From assembly GCA_027604505.1 (NCBI GenBank), contig JADIIX010000016.1, forward strand, positions 124,001-188,000: a DNA stretch of 64,000 nucleotides. The letters run 5' to 3'. The stretch comes from Gonapodya sp. JEL0774. Lineage: Eukaryota. The notes under the pieces were generated by a model. The model made no database searches, was not told the origin of the DNA, and worked only from the letters and a program-made list of their open reading frames with translations. This document shows positions 28,501 to 41,610 of the stretch, one piece after another (the first letter of the stretch is position 1; the number at the start of each line of letters is the position of its first letter). The position numbers were made by a program, and so were the translations under genes.

Positions 28501-29083
28501 CAGGCGCCATGTACACAGCCGCATCCTCCGCACCCGCGTGGGCCCAGTCCACCACGCCGAGGGCATTTCCAGCACCTGCACCTGCACCTGCCCCTCTCTT
28601 CATCGGCGCAGACGCAGCGTTCCCGCCCCCGATGGCCACCGAGAGCTCGTGGACATGCACGCCTCCGCTGCGGTCGTTGTGGAGGTGGTGTGGGTAGTGG
28701 AGTCCCAAGGGGTCTGCGGTGGTCGATTGGGACGGGTCGAGGAGGTGGAGGATGCGGAAGTCGGCGGTGAGGCGTGGTGCGGGAGTGGGAACTGGTGTTG
28801 GTGTGGGAGTAGGAGTGGATGAGGAGGACGTGAGTACCCCTGGTGAGGGGAGGTCGTGGGAGAGGGATGTGGCCGCGGACGTGGATGTCGATGTGGACGT
28901 GGTGGAGGACGTGGAGCGGGATGAGCGGGACATGCGGCGGGTCGAGCGGGATCCGCAGGCGGAGTCTGGCGGGGAGGGGAAGAGGGAAGGGGAGTCGGGG
29001 AGCAGGTGGTGGAGGAGGGGGAGGGACGCGTGGGTGGGGAGGGGGTTGAGGAAGGGAGGGAGGGCGGAGGCGGAGGGATGCAT
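25569..29083 (-). CDS. Pho85-type cyclin (Pcl/Clg1-like) with very long Pro/Ser/His low-complexity N-terminus
   Basis: Cyclin box 'FISEMVRRSQSSFSTFELALLL' and 'CSRRVFLASLVLAWKFLHDKSYSNVAWSKISGLSVQEVNRVEGVLLRAVEWDV'. Start uncertain (about 29083 or 29269); linkage of the low-complexity exon is inferred. Confidence 0.8.
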
Positions 29084-32000
29084 GGCGGTGGATGAGATGG
29101 AATGCAGAGTGTGGCTCTGGAATATTCGCCAGTGGGTGGCGCAGTTACACCAATGCCGAGTCGGGGTGGGGTGGGGTGGGAACACGGGTTTAAGGCCGGC
29201 GTGTGAGCGAATGCACAAAAGAGACAAAAAATAAGCGTGAGAATGGAGCAGGGGGATAAATGATGTCATCTTCGATTCGGGGGACGGAATGGTGTGGTGA
29301 GTTGACTGCACCACCCACGTCATCCGGCGACATCGTCCAACACGGCGGCTTCGTTCCGTCCCCCCGCTGAATCCACAGATCCCAAAACTAACATCAGCAT
29401 CAAATGTACCAGAAATTGTACATTGAAAACAATGCCAACGTCGGTTTTCCGCCCCGTGGTTCCTTGCAAAGCGACGCAGCCCGTCCCGAGCCCGATGGCC
29501 CACCGAGTCCGCACTCCCGCGCGGTCCCCTTTGCTCCCCATCCTGCTCGTCTCCCCTCTCATCCCCTGCTCACTCCGTCTCCTTCTCTCCGCCAGGATTC
29601 AGGATTGGGCCCCGCCCGTGTTCCGGGCCCCCTATGTGAGTTGGATCTCGGGAAAGCCAAACCCACCTAACCGGGCCAACTCCCCCGTTCTCTGCCCGCA
29701 CTCCCGGTTTCAAGAACTCCACGCAGTCCCACGTCCAGTTCTTTGTCGTGGTTTTAGTATCTCTTCGGCCCCAACGGTCCCTGAAACAAAAAAAAGAGAG
29801 CAGACCGGAGATGTCTCTGCCGTGTGGGTTTGTGCTTCCATCCCACCCTTTTTCCCGTCATCCGCTCTCATGACTCAACTTTCACTGTTTTTCTCGGCCA
29901 ATTTTTCTTCTTCCTTTTTCCCATTTCCAAATTAATTCATTCTATTTCAATTTTCTGATTACAGCGCCATATACCCATTTCGGTTTCCTGTCAGCCCCCC
30001 CTTCACTTCATTCTTGCCCCCCTTTTGTTCCCTCCGCCGATTGCGCATTTTCCCGGTCCCGTTCGGTTTTCCCCTCATCCGGCCAACCCCAACCCCCGCG
30101 ATATTATCCATGGTATTACATGACTGTAGAATGCTCAAAAAGATCAACCCGCATAAATCACAATCGCACCCCGGCCCGCGAGAACTCCATAGCCGTATCC
30201 ATCTTTCCCATGCCCTCCCTCTGAGGTGCCCTCCTAATCAGATCTCTGCATCTTCATAACACAGAAAACAACAAAGAGTCCGAGAAAGAAAACTTGAGTA
30301 TATGTACATATATTTGCGTGCGTGCCGCGTCCCACCGTTTCTAAGTAAAAGTGCCCATTCCACTCCATTAGTATTATCTACGAAACATAATCAGAATGTT
30401 CCTCCCCGCTCGTTCATGTTCATGCTTATTGATTGTTTCGTAATACGTGAACCTTCCACCACCTCCGCCACTGTGCCGCCGGCCTCCGTCCAGGCTGGAC
30501 CCAGGTCCATTTTGGGTGCGGTATAATGCCGGAGGTGGTCTCATAGCAGGAGCACTGGCAATATTCTAATTTTGATTACAAAGCGCTCCACTTGTGTAGA
30601 AAGGCATACACTTCATCAAATCCCACGTTACTATGTTCCCAATATGCGGTATCACACCAGCAATAAGAGCTTCCTGAGTATTTGCTGTTAGTGCGCGAAA
30701 CTTCTTCAAGTGCTGGCTGTCTCGAGGTTGTGATTCGTTCAGGTGACTTCGTACTCATAGAACTTCACCAGTTTGTTCCCACTTGACTCCACCGAACACT
30801 ATCTTTGACCCCACTTAGCGGAAAGGAAACAACATTGAGAATTAACGAAGAAGTGTATTAAATACATGCTACACTTCGGATTTTGATGCTACGACCAGGT
30901 AACATTGGAACTGCAGTTCCGCGATAGGACCAATTTTCACAGCTTAAAACTGACTGGCGTGCAATGCTTTAAATGCTTGTCTGACACAAGTGAGCTGAAA
31001 TAGACCAGGTGGGTGGCAGGATATCAATAGTGTAGAAAGCAGGTGTGGTGAGAGGAGGCGCACATCTGTGCTGCCAGCACAAGTCAATAAGCGCAGTGGT
31101 GAGTCACTCACAAACTCACGAGCCATGGCAAAAAATTGTAGAGAGCATTTGCTTGCAATGATTCTGGAACTCACCATAGCCATGCTGTTGCACGATCAAC
31201 GTAGTAGGCGACGAGGGAGAAGAGCAGAAGAGCGGGGCAACTTGCACAGTGGCGAGGACCAGGGGTTTGGGGGTATCGAGGTTGGTAGGGGGGGGGGGGA
31301 TACGTCATTGAGGCCCAGTTATTGAGTAGCTCGAAGGGTGGAGATTTGAGATATTGTATCCAAGTAACAAAAAGCAAGCCAACCCAGTCTGTTGAAGCGG
31401 CAGATTCCAAGCCATTCACTTGACAGACAGTGCTATAGTTCCTGTTGAAAGGTCCTACAGATGTGCCGCTATGTGACACAGTCTGACGAAACGCCACTTT
31501 CCTGGTGACTCAGTGCCAGGGTTTCTTCATGACCATGATTGTTCCTCCTGATAGATCGGTGCGGCAATTCCCCCGCCAACACAATAGCATTGGCTTTAGA
31601 ATAAGCTCGTGTGAGTTTCGGAAGGAAAAGAGGAAGGGGGGTTGCTGGCACAAGACAACACACATGGGGGACCACGCTGGATTAGGCTTGTAAGGGACAA
31701 ATTTCTCCTGAGCAACACCATTGCCGATGGTGAAGAGACGGCCAAGTTTGTGCAGCACGTATATAGTTTGATGAAGATCAAGGGGAGTGGTCTTCCCCAT
31801 TGCCGGGAGGAAATAACACAAACGAAGGAAGTTGCAAATGGTCCGCCGAGCCAGCACCGTCATAACGAGCATTGACGACCCCCCCAGCCCGACCTGACCA
31901 TCACTGGATGTTACCGTGTGTCGTTTTCAAGTGATTATTTTGGTTTTTGACTGGAAACATGCTCGAGTTCGTTCTTGTTACTCCTGAAGCGGACCCTATC

Positions 32001-32322
32001 AGTACATTCATGTCGAATGACACAGTCATGGACTCATGGTCGCCCCTGGGTTCCTCCAGAGCTTTTGCATTGGAGTGAATCAGAAAGTGGGCAGATCTGA
32101 GAAATCTTCGCTGTTCAATGGGGACTAACTAATTCACTTGGTTGTGTGATTGGGGATGTGATCTGATCTGGACCACAGCAACCACAGCCGACTTCTCCCC
32201 CACACCACACAAATCCCTCCCCAACACAGACACTCGGGCCACAGTCCGGCGGGATTGGCCCGATTCCCCCTGATCTCCACTTGCCGCGACACACCGCACA
32301 CACGCCACACACGGCCACACAC

Positions 32323-35300
32323 ATGCCGCCACCGGGCGACTCCACATCCCCAGACGGCACTCCCACCGAGATCTGCTCCCTGCTTGCCGCCTGCAAGTAC
32401 GGGGACGCAGACGCAGTCCGGTTGTTCCTGGACGCGGGCGCACAGGTTGATGAGATCGATGCGGATGGGAACTCGGCGCTGATGTGGGCGGGTGCGTTGT
32501 TGTTGTTGTTGGGGGTGGGTGGGTGGGGTGCTTGGGTGGGCGGGTGGGGTGGGGTGGACATGGGGCGTCAAGGGCTGTGGACAGTGGGAGACAGTCTGCG
32601 GACACAGATTGCACAAGCAACCGTGACTCATGGGTGGCGGCAAATTCAACTTGACCCGTGTTGGCTCCGTCCATCCCCCGCTCACGCATTCCCATCCCCA
32701 CATCCCACCACCCACCCGGTCCCCCTCCCGTTCACACCCACCCACACTTCCCAGCACTCGGCGGATTCACAGACGCAGCCGCTCTTCTCCTCACCGCAGC
32801 CACCGCAGGAACCGCAGCAACCGCAGCCACCCCCCCTCCCCCGTCCCCCCGCGCACTCCTCGCACACAGGAACCACAAGGGCGAATCCCCCCTCCTCTGG
32901 GCGGCAATGGCCCCTTACGAACCCCCTTCCTCCCTCTCCCTCCTCCACCTCTCCTCCACCTCTGCTCCTTCCACGTCCCCGTCCCCGTCCCCGCACCCAA
33001 ACCCAAACCCCTCCGACTCCGACTCCGACTCCGCAACTCTCCAAAACCTCCCTGCAGTCCGCCTCCTCCTCTCCCACGGCGCTGACCCAAACACCGCCTG
33101 CGACAGACTCGCCTGGACACCCCTCATGTACGCCTGCTGCTACGGAAAGCACCTCGTCGCCCGGGTCCTCCTCGACGCCGGCGCAGACCCCGCCGCCAGA
33201 AACGCCGGGGGACACACGGCCCTCGGCGTCGCGCAGAATTACGGCAGGAACGATGTCGCCGCGATGCTCAAGAAGGCGGCCAGGGATAAGAAGGCGACGA
33301 CGACGGCCACAGGTGGTGGAGTCACGGTGGCAAGGGTGCCCACAAAGGGGGCCGCCGCGGCGGGACACGGTGCGGGTGGTGGTGCCACAGGGTCTACAGG
33401 GACTGCCGGTGCCGGTGCCGGTGGGACATCGACAACGGCATCTGGATCCGCAGCCGCACCACATCCCTCGTCCGCATCTCACCCCACCTCCACCTCACCA
33501 TCCACCCCCCCTGTCCACATCTTCCGCGGCCACACCGCATTCTCCTCGGGCTCCGCCTTCTCCACCAGCACCACTACCGCAGCCGATCCATCCGACGCCG
33601 CCCTCCCCCTCCCCCGCTCCCGTTCCACAGCCGCCGGTACTTCCAGATCCACATCTTCCTCAATCACGAAAACCCCTCCTCCGGGAACCCCAAAGGCTCC
33701 CCACAGGGCCGCTCCCCCGCCTCCCCCGGGCTCAGGCCTGGGGGCGCTGGTGGATGCTCCGACTCCAGCCAACCCAGCTTCAGCTTCAGCTTCAGGCGGC
33801 GCCCCACCGATCCACTCGACGACACCCCCCACCCCCACCCCCACCGCTGCCCCGCCCAAATCCACCTCGCTCTCCTTCTCCCGCCTCCTCAACGCCCTGT
33901 CCCGTCCCACATCGTCGGGGTCCCTCCACGCGGGGGGGGATAAGGACAAGCCGGCCAAGGACAGGGACAAGGAGAAGCACAGGGACAAGGAGAGAGAGGG
34001 CAAGGAGAAGGAGAGGGACAAGGACCGGGCCGAGAAACCTGCCCTGGCGACGGCGACGGCGACGGCACAGACCACGGCCACGGCGACGGCGACGGTCACC
34101 ACGTCCGCGACGGAGCTTGCGACGGGGCACCACGCAGGGGTCAAGGAGATTGTCGGGAGGTGGAACGGGGGTGCGGGGGGTGTGGGTGTGGGGGGATCGG
34201 GACCGGGATCGGGCGTTGGATCGGCGCCTGCTCCGGCACCGACACAGGGACCTGTTCAAGTTCACGCATCCGCATCCGCATCCGCCACGACCACGACCAC
34301 CCCACAAGCGACACATCCGTCTGGACAGGGTTCCGGGGATTCCGACGACGGTGATTCGGGCCCTGCTCTTGCTCGGACCGTCGAGGGTGGTGGTGGTGGT
34401 GGTGGTGTGGACGTGGGCGTAGGCGTCGGTGTGGGCGCCATCAGAGCAAGGTTTGAAAAGGGGGACAAGACGCCAGGAGAGGAAGGGGACAAGGTGAGTC
34501 CCGGTGTGTGCCTCATGCTGGTATGCGTATGCGATATTGGGGTTTGGGGGTGTACGGAGAGATGAGATGGTGACTCAACCTCAACCTTGGCGTTCGGGGG
34601 ACTCGTTGACACACCACACGCCCATCTCCACACACCACCTACCCCCCCTCCCCCGCTTACCGACCAGATAAAACCTCCCACGGACCTTGCACCCCCTCCC
34701 GCTCTGCACCCGCCTTCCCCGTCCGCCTCCGTGGGTCCCACAACCACAGCCGACCGCCCGTCCTCCCCCTCTGCACCACCCCATCAACAACGAAGCCCCT
34801 CGCAGTCCATCACATCGACCCCGACGGAACTTGTCACTCACGTGATGATCCCTCCTCCTCGGACGGACTCGTTGTCGTTGGCGGGCGGGCAGGTGGGTAC
34901 CCCGAGATGGGCATGTGCGGGGGAGAGTCGTGTGGTCCATGTTTCTCACCGAGTCGTTTTGTTCGTCGGCGGGTTCTGTCGTGTATTTATTTTTATTGGA
35001 TTTCTTTCTTTTCTTTTGTTTTTTTTTTCTTTTGGTCATTTTGGTTTGTCCTTTCTCGTTTGTTTGCTGTTGTTTTCGGCGCCGTAGATGGGCGTGCCTG
35101 CACAACCTCTTGCCAGGAACCCGTCCACCTCACAGCGTCCCACCACAACAACGTCTCAAACCGCGCCCACGAAACCCGCCAGTCAACCTCATCTTTCGAA
35201 ACCAGAAGCCTCAAATGCATCCCCCAAGGCCACTGCTGAACCTCTGGTATTCGGTCAAGCCGAACGCCCCATTGGCGGCAAGAGCCCTTCGGATTCCCGT

Positions 35301-36671
35301 CGAGGGTCCGACCGAGCGTCCGCCTCCGCCTCCGCGTGGCTTCAAGAATCTCATCAATCGAACGCCCGCGATCCTGCACCGGACCATCTCGTTGCCAATG
35401 CGCCACCTGCGGTGTCCCGAAGTGGCTCTCGGAGGAACACCGACGCGCAGCAACACTCGGCGTCTGAACGCCGCAGCGTCTCCATTGCGCTTTCGAGCGT
35501 TTCTGTCCCTCAGCCGGCTCGTGACGGTGACAGTGACGAGGAGGATGCTCCGGCCGAGGACTTGTTTTCTAGGTCGGTCAAGGCCATTGTGGCAAAGTCG
35601 AGATCACAATCGTTTTCCGCAAGCGCGGACCAGGATGCCCTTGTTCGCAGGCTCGTGGCTTCTACAGAGGATCCGACCAGAGCTGTCTCCGTGGTGGAGG
35701 GCACCGATGCTGATGTGCCGGCGTCACCGGGTATCGGAAGCAGGAAGGGGTCCTTGTTCAGAAAACTATCCACGCTCAGCGCCAAAGCAGGTGGATCGCG
35801 GTTGGCGGCCATAGTTGGAGACTCGATTGAAGCACTAGGGGATGGAGAACCGAAGGGTCAATCGAGCAAGAATGAAGACCTCCAAAAGAGCCCAGAAAAC
35901 ATGCAGATTTCTGCACCGACAGCGGCCGTTCCTGTTTCCAATTACGTGTTTGGCGCACAGCCCGCAGCTGCAATTGTTCTCAACATGGCATCTGAAGATG
36001 CGGAAACGCATCAAATGAAGACCGTAAACGGGACGCGTGGAAGATCGCGGTCGTCTTCTGTTGAGTTGGCAGGGAAAGAAGCTGGGGCAACAAGTTCAAT
36101 GCCCGTCGACGAAAAACCGAAACTTACCCGCCAAAGGTCTGCCTCAGCGAATCCAGAAACCGGATTTCTCACGGGCCATCGTGCTAGTCTGGCCACAGCT
36201 GGGATTCGGCCCAGATCTGGAAGTGGGGGGTCAGCGGACGCAACATCGGTTCAAGATCCTGGGGCCACGGCAGCTGTTTCCTTCTTTTCCCGCTTGCCTG
36301 TGTCGGCAACCCTTTCTCGGTACGGGTCGACACATGCAACGATCTCATCTGTAAAGCTTCGCGTCTTACATGCGAGAGGCGAGGCTACTTTCAAGGTGTC
36401 AGGTGATGCGACGTTTGAGCAGGTTGTTCGGGAAGGAATTCTCAGGGGTGCAGTGTTACCGCACACTTCTTATTTCAAGATCCGACCAGTCGGCGTTGAA
36501 GCTTGGGAATACTTACCGGGGGACAAGGTGAAGATCGCTTGTGAGCCTGGCGATAGTGCAATTGCTGGACTTCCTCCCTTGCCGGGTAACCGAGATAATG
36601 AGGTCGTCGTTTCGGTAAAAGTGTCATTCCACAGGAGAGATTTCGATGTTGAAGATCTCGTTGGCAGATAA
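32323..36671 (+). CDS. Ankyrin-repeat protein with low-complexity middle and small globular C-terminal domain (4 exons)
   Basis: 'ACKYGDADAVRLFLDAGAQVDEIDADGNSALMWA', 'GESPLLWAA', 'WTPLMYACCYGKHLVARVLLDAGAD', 'GHTALGVA'. Phase-0 introns at ~34494-34667 and ~34893-35087 join to ORF 35088..36671. Confidence 0.82.
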
Positions 36672-36731
36672 CATATTGTATTACCCTTGTAAGTAATACA
36701 GTAATTCGAATCCGTCCGGTTACGCAGGTTC

Positions 36732-39700
36732 TCAACCCTTTGGAAGAAGATTCGCCATGGAAGCAACTGAAGGACTCTGTATGAATCCTGTTTTCATTAC
36801 GATCCCATCACTTTTTGTGTTGGAATCTCCGTCCTTGGCTGTAAATTCTTGTCTTGTCTTGACATTGATGTCCTCTGAGGTGGATTTGGAGAAGAGTACC
36901 CGGACGGCCGCAAAAGTGGCTATCTTCAGCGGTTGCGATAAGAAAAGCGATTCAATGAAGCTAACAACGAATGAAACAAGCCACTGTCCATGAATGTGGC
37001 ACGAAAATGACTGAAGTTTAGCGTTCCGTAGGCTTTACGGACGAAAGAAAAGCGCAACGTACTGGCTCGGAGACCGCGTTGTCCAACCTCAAACCAATAA
37101 TTAGTGCAATATAGAAAGCGAGTCCTCCAGCCGCAAACGCGAGTGCGTAGGCCACATACAAGAATCCATAGGGCAGGAGCCAACGCGCTTCATCATTCTT
37201 TTTCGATTGCGAAAGATTTTCTTCCCCTTCTTTTCTTCCTTTCTTCGAGGTTCTATTGTACCTAATTCGACGGAACGTCTGTTCGATCAGCATCGACACT
37301 GGCAGAACAATGGCAGAAGAAATAACCCCCGTTGCAATTTTGTGCAAAAGACTGGTTTTCGGTCGAGTGTCGTACTGCCGAAACGACACACACCGATTAG
37401 GTACCGATATGGAGTCGTAACAAGAAGAACACTCACGAAAACGGCAAGAATCGCCATATTACATAAAAGCACCATGAAGCACACGGTTAAACGCTGGACA
37501 CGGGTGTAATGGGACCCTTCCAACCGAGAAAGATGTGGAGCTTTGCTTGACAATGCCCCCCAAAAGAATAACGTTCATACCAAATGGTCTGGTTTCGGCA
37601 AGAGTTGCCGCCCATAAATGATTGTCTCGGAATCCAATGATAATATACTTGAGGAGGGTCAATGAAAAGCTTTGTGCGAGACGCGTTCTAAAACACAGCA
37701 GCTAAATCAGGGCAGCTCAGAGGGAACAACTCAAGACATATTCCTACTAACTTATCGCGAACCGACAAGACAACCGCGGTCCTGTCCCCGATATCGTTCT
37801 CCTGGACCGGCTCCTTAATGATAAAACTCCACTCCTCCGATGTCTCATAGCAACGGACGGAAACCTCCCCAGGCTGCCATGTTGCAGGTGGTCCCTTCGA
37901 GGATAATTTACTTTCTTCCAACTTTATTCCCACTGTTTCCAGGTGTTTGATGTGAGGTGCCTCCACATAAAATATGACCTTTTGGTTCTTCTGCAATAGA
38001 AGGCGCCCCATGTACCAAGTTTTCAATTGAAGCTCTCCACTGTGCTCTCCGTTTGGGCCACGAAATGAAATACTCATTGTGTGGGTGCGGCGGATGTTGG
38101 TGGCTTCACGAGTGTTGATGGTCACCTGGAATATCACAGGTTTGTTTTCTGAGATATGGTTGTACAACAATATTAAAGAACATTGTTTGAGAATATAGGG
38201 TCAACAGACGTACTTACCGTGAATATCCCAGCGAACTTTCTTAAGTTCAACGGCGTCATCTCGCCAGAACTTACAGGCAAGTACAACATACACAACGACT
38301 GAACGGAACGATGAAGGTTCACTTGGGAATACTCTCAGCACCCAAAGTTGACGATAAATCCTACCAATGGCAATGAGAACAGCAAGAATGGTGGGGTTTC
38401 CCTGAATTTGTTCCGCAACGTTTCCAACATCCTGAAAGGGATTGTTGATTGTAATCAGATCGTCCCACGACCCAAAGTCCATCCTGCGGATATTGCGCCA
38501 TGAATTGAAATTCCAGAGTGAATGATATCAAATGAGCAGAGGTTTAAATTCAAATCTGACATTCCCCGCACTCACGTAAACAGGGATAAGTGTGTCGTGC
38601 AGCATTTGAATGGAATGGAGGAACTGCTATTCTGGGTCTGAATTCCCGCAGAGCTCCAATTTCCGATCGTAATATTCCAGAATAAACAGGAAGGGAGGCG
38701 TCCAGGTCGTCCTGGATTGAGATGATCGGTCTACTACACTTTGAAGTGATTGAAGCCGCCATTCAGCAATACACACCTCCTCGAACGAGTGGGACTTGCA
38801 GTTCAATGCAGGAACTCAAATTTTCGACGACTACATCTGTTGCATTCTCTGTAACACCAAAATAAAGTGCTTGGGACCAGTTGCTTTGTTGGAGGTCAGT
38901 TTTCTCTCAGACGGTCGAAATCAAACGCACAAAGCTTTCCTCACCTCAGCGACGCCCCGACTGAATTATCAAATGGGTTCTTATTCATGCTAACAAGATG
39001 TAATTGAAATCCGGTGGAAATCGTTCCCTGTAGTATCTGCGTCAGTGACTGATTGAGATTTGAAACAACAGCACCGTCAGAAGAACTGAGAGATTCAGGA
39101 AGCTGACTGCTGGCCCCGTTGTATACTGTAATTGAAAAAATGGATGAATTGACTTGCGTTGTGTTACCAACGGTTGTACCCTCGCCGAGGGCTTTCGCCA
39201 AATTCTGGATTGCACCAAGAAGTGAAGTGGATACATTACTGCCTACAACATCAAAGCGAGTACTGTTGGTGGCTTTTGTTGCATTCACCGACAAAGCCGA
39301 ACTGTTCTCCGTGCTCATCCAGGCTTTGTCTATGCAAGTAAGAATATTTGTGGCAGCGTCCAGGGATGCCAGCCCACCGTTACCACGGGTCGCTCCCGTA
39401 AGTTTCGAAAAAGTTGTTAGAGCACTAACAAGCAAGGTTTCGTTGAAAGTCGACGGCATAAGCGAGGGGAAGATTGTGCTGGCTGCAGAAAGGGCCTCAG
39501 AGACTCCACTTCCCGGACTCTGTGCGAGAACGACGTCAGAAAGGACATCCAAAACATTGCTCTTCACATTGTCGATCGGCGTGGCTGAATCAGTCGCGGA
39601 CGAGTTGCTTTGTTCATTAACCAGCTGTTTTGCGATCTCAGACACCCCTGAAAGTATCTGAGGCAAGTTCGAAGTAGCGTTTGGAGACACACCAGCCGCT

Positions 39701-41405
39701 CTGAGAATGCCCAAGTTGTTGGACGCCACCGTCATGTCAAATTGTGAAGGTGATGCTAACACCACCACGTCCGTCTGAGTATCCCACGATTCATTATTAT
39801 CTGTACGGTATATTTCGGTGATTAAGGGAACTGTACCATTCACCGACGGGTCGCCTCCAAGCGGTAATTGGAAGCTTTGTAGAGTTGAGTTGAAGGTTGC
39901 AGTCTCAGTCAAGTATACTTTTGACTTGGAGGAAAGTGTGCTATTCAACCACGCAAATCTGTACTTGAGAGCCATGAAGTCGTCGGTCAACCACCCGTCG
40001 CATTGTAGTGTGAAAAGTGTGGCACCTGCCGAGCCAATTTGTGGAGACACGCGGCACTTTCCTCCGATGGGCGATGGGCATTTAGTCAATATAGCGGAGC
40101 ACACTCTCGGATAGTTGCTCGTGCACGAATACAAGGAATTCCCCGAAAGAATGCATGTAGACAGTTTGGGTGGAAAGAATCCGTCGCAATTCGAAGAAAA
40201 CATGTTGTTGCTCAGATCCAACGAATTCAATTCGAGAGCCCCAGACACATTAAAATAACCACTCAACAAGTTTGAGCTGCAGCAGAGGCGAGGAGGTGTG
40301 TACACTCTACTTGTTGTATACAACTATGTGACTCCAAAACTCACCTCAAATTGAGTGAAATTAAACTGGGCATGGATACGAGAGATTGAGCGCCTGCGGC
40401 GGCGAATACGTATGAAATTTGATTCCTGGACAAATCCAGAACACTCAAAGACGGGAGTGTTGACGAAACAAAAGAGGTCAGTGGGCCTGTCAAGCTGTTG
40501 GAATCCAGTCTCAATTCTTGTAATGTTTTATGGTCTAGCACCGGTAGCGCTCCTGAAATATTATTGTTTCCAAGATCGAGTTTCTGCAGTTTTGGAAGAT
40601 TGGGGAAAAATGTCGGGAGAATAGATCCGAGTATCCCACAGCTTCGTGCTTCCAATTGCAAAAGTGTGTCAGAGGCGCCGTTCAACAACGAGAGGTTCCC
40701 GGTCACGTTGGTGTTCGAAATGGAGAGGTATTTAAGTGGTGAGCTGAAGTAAGTGGGAAGAGTTCCAGATATAGAGGTGTTGGCGGCCTGGAAATTGATC
40801 AGCGAATAGCGCAAATTGTTCACAAGTACGGTTCCAATATCTCCTTGAACCTTCAGATTATGAGACACATCCAAGACTCCGAGAAATGGCAAGTACGTTA
40901 GACCGGACTCCAGCGTACCGGTCACAAATGACTTGGGAAATGCGCCTTCAAAAGCATTCCGTGAGATGTTTAGGGTGGTGAGCACAATCAAATTTGAGAC
41001 AAATGCCAGTGATCCGCTGAGGAAGTTAGAAGCCAGGTTAAGTGAGTTCAGAGAACCAGGGAGCGTGGGTACAGATCCGGATAAATTGCAGTTGGACAAA
41101 TCTAATGATGTCAATGCACTAGCATTGGCAACTGAAGCAGGTATTGCGCCCGATAGAGCTATTCCGCTCAGATTCACAGATGCAAGTCGTAAGACGCCAG
41201 TAAAGTTCTGACATCCGAATAATGCTGAGTAATCACAGCAAGAGCCAACCCTCCATGGAACTTTTATGCCAGATTGAGCAAACAGATCTTGGGGAAACGA
41301 GCAATCCGTCGCCTGGTTTGCTAGGTTTGCGACATCAACGTAAGTAACGCTCGAGACTTTCGCAGTCAGAAGAGACAGGAGCGCTGGGAGTATCCACCGT
41401 GACAT
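36732..41405 (-). CDS. Polycystin-1 (PKD1)-like receptor: signal peptide, LRRs, REJ-like region, GAIN/GPS, TM1, PLAT, TM2-5; no channel domain
   Basis: Signal 'MSRWILPALLSLLTAKVSS'; LRRs such as 'LTSLDLSNCNLSGSVP'; REJ-like 'CRVSPQIGSAGATLFTLQCDGW'; GPS 'CLFWNITIGNWSSAG...CCTTHLSLF'; PLAT-like exon 37688..38170; 'FRDNHLW', 'YTRVQRLTVCF', 'WLVSFVVSFIESLFLSQPLKI'; stop at 36732. Confidence 0.85.
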
Positions 41406-41610
41406 CGTTCGACTACGGTGTTCAGATCAAAAACTGATCGGGTGGACAGGCACACCAAGTCTGTTCCTGCATTTTATGTAATACTTGACCATTGATTGAT
41501 GAACCAATCGGAAGAGCTGCATTGTAAAATTTGAAGATGTCGTGTGCTTTCCGATGAATTATGTATGAGTTCATAGTGTCGGCTCAACTTCTTCCACACA
41601 CAGTTTTCAA

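Noticed and set aside
32281..34422. 713-aa Pro/Arg-rich ORF overlapping the ankyrin gene, and other long alternative-frame ORFs at 26000-29500
   Set aside because: Only the first ~57 codons from the ATG form an ankyrin exon; the rest is a stop-poor shadow frame of GC-rich low-complexity DNA.
40341..41405. Plant LRR receptor-like kinase
   Set aside because: No kinase domain; downstream exons encode REJ, GPS, PLAT and TM segments.
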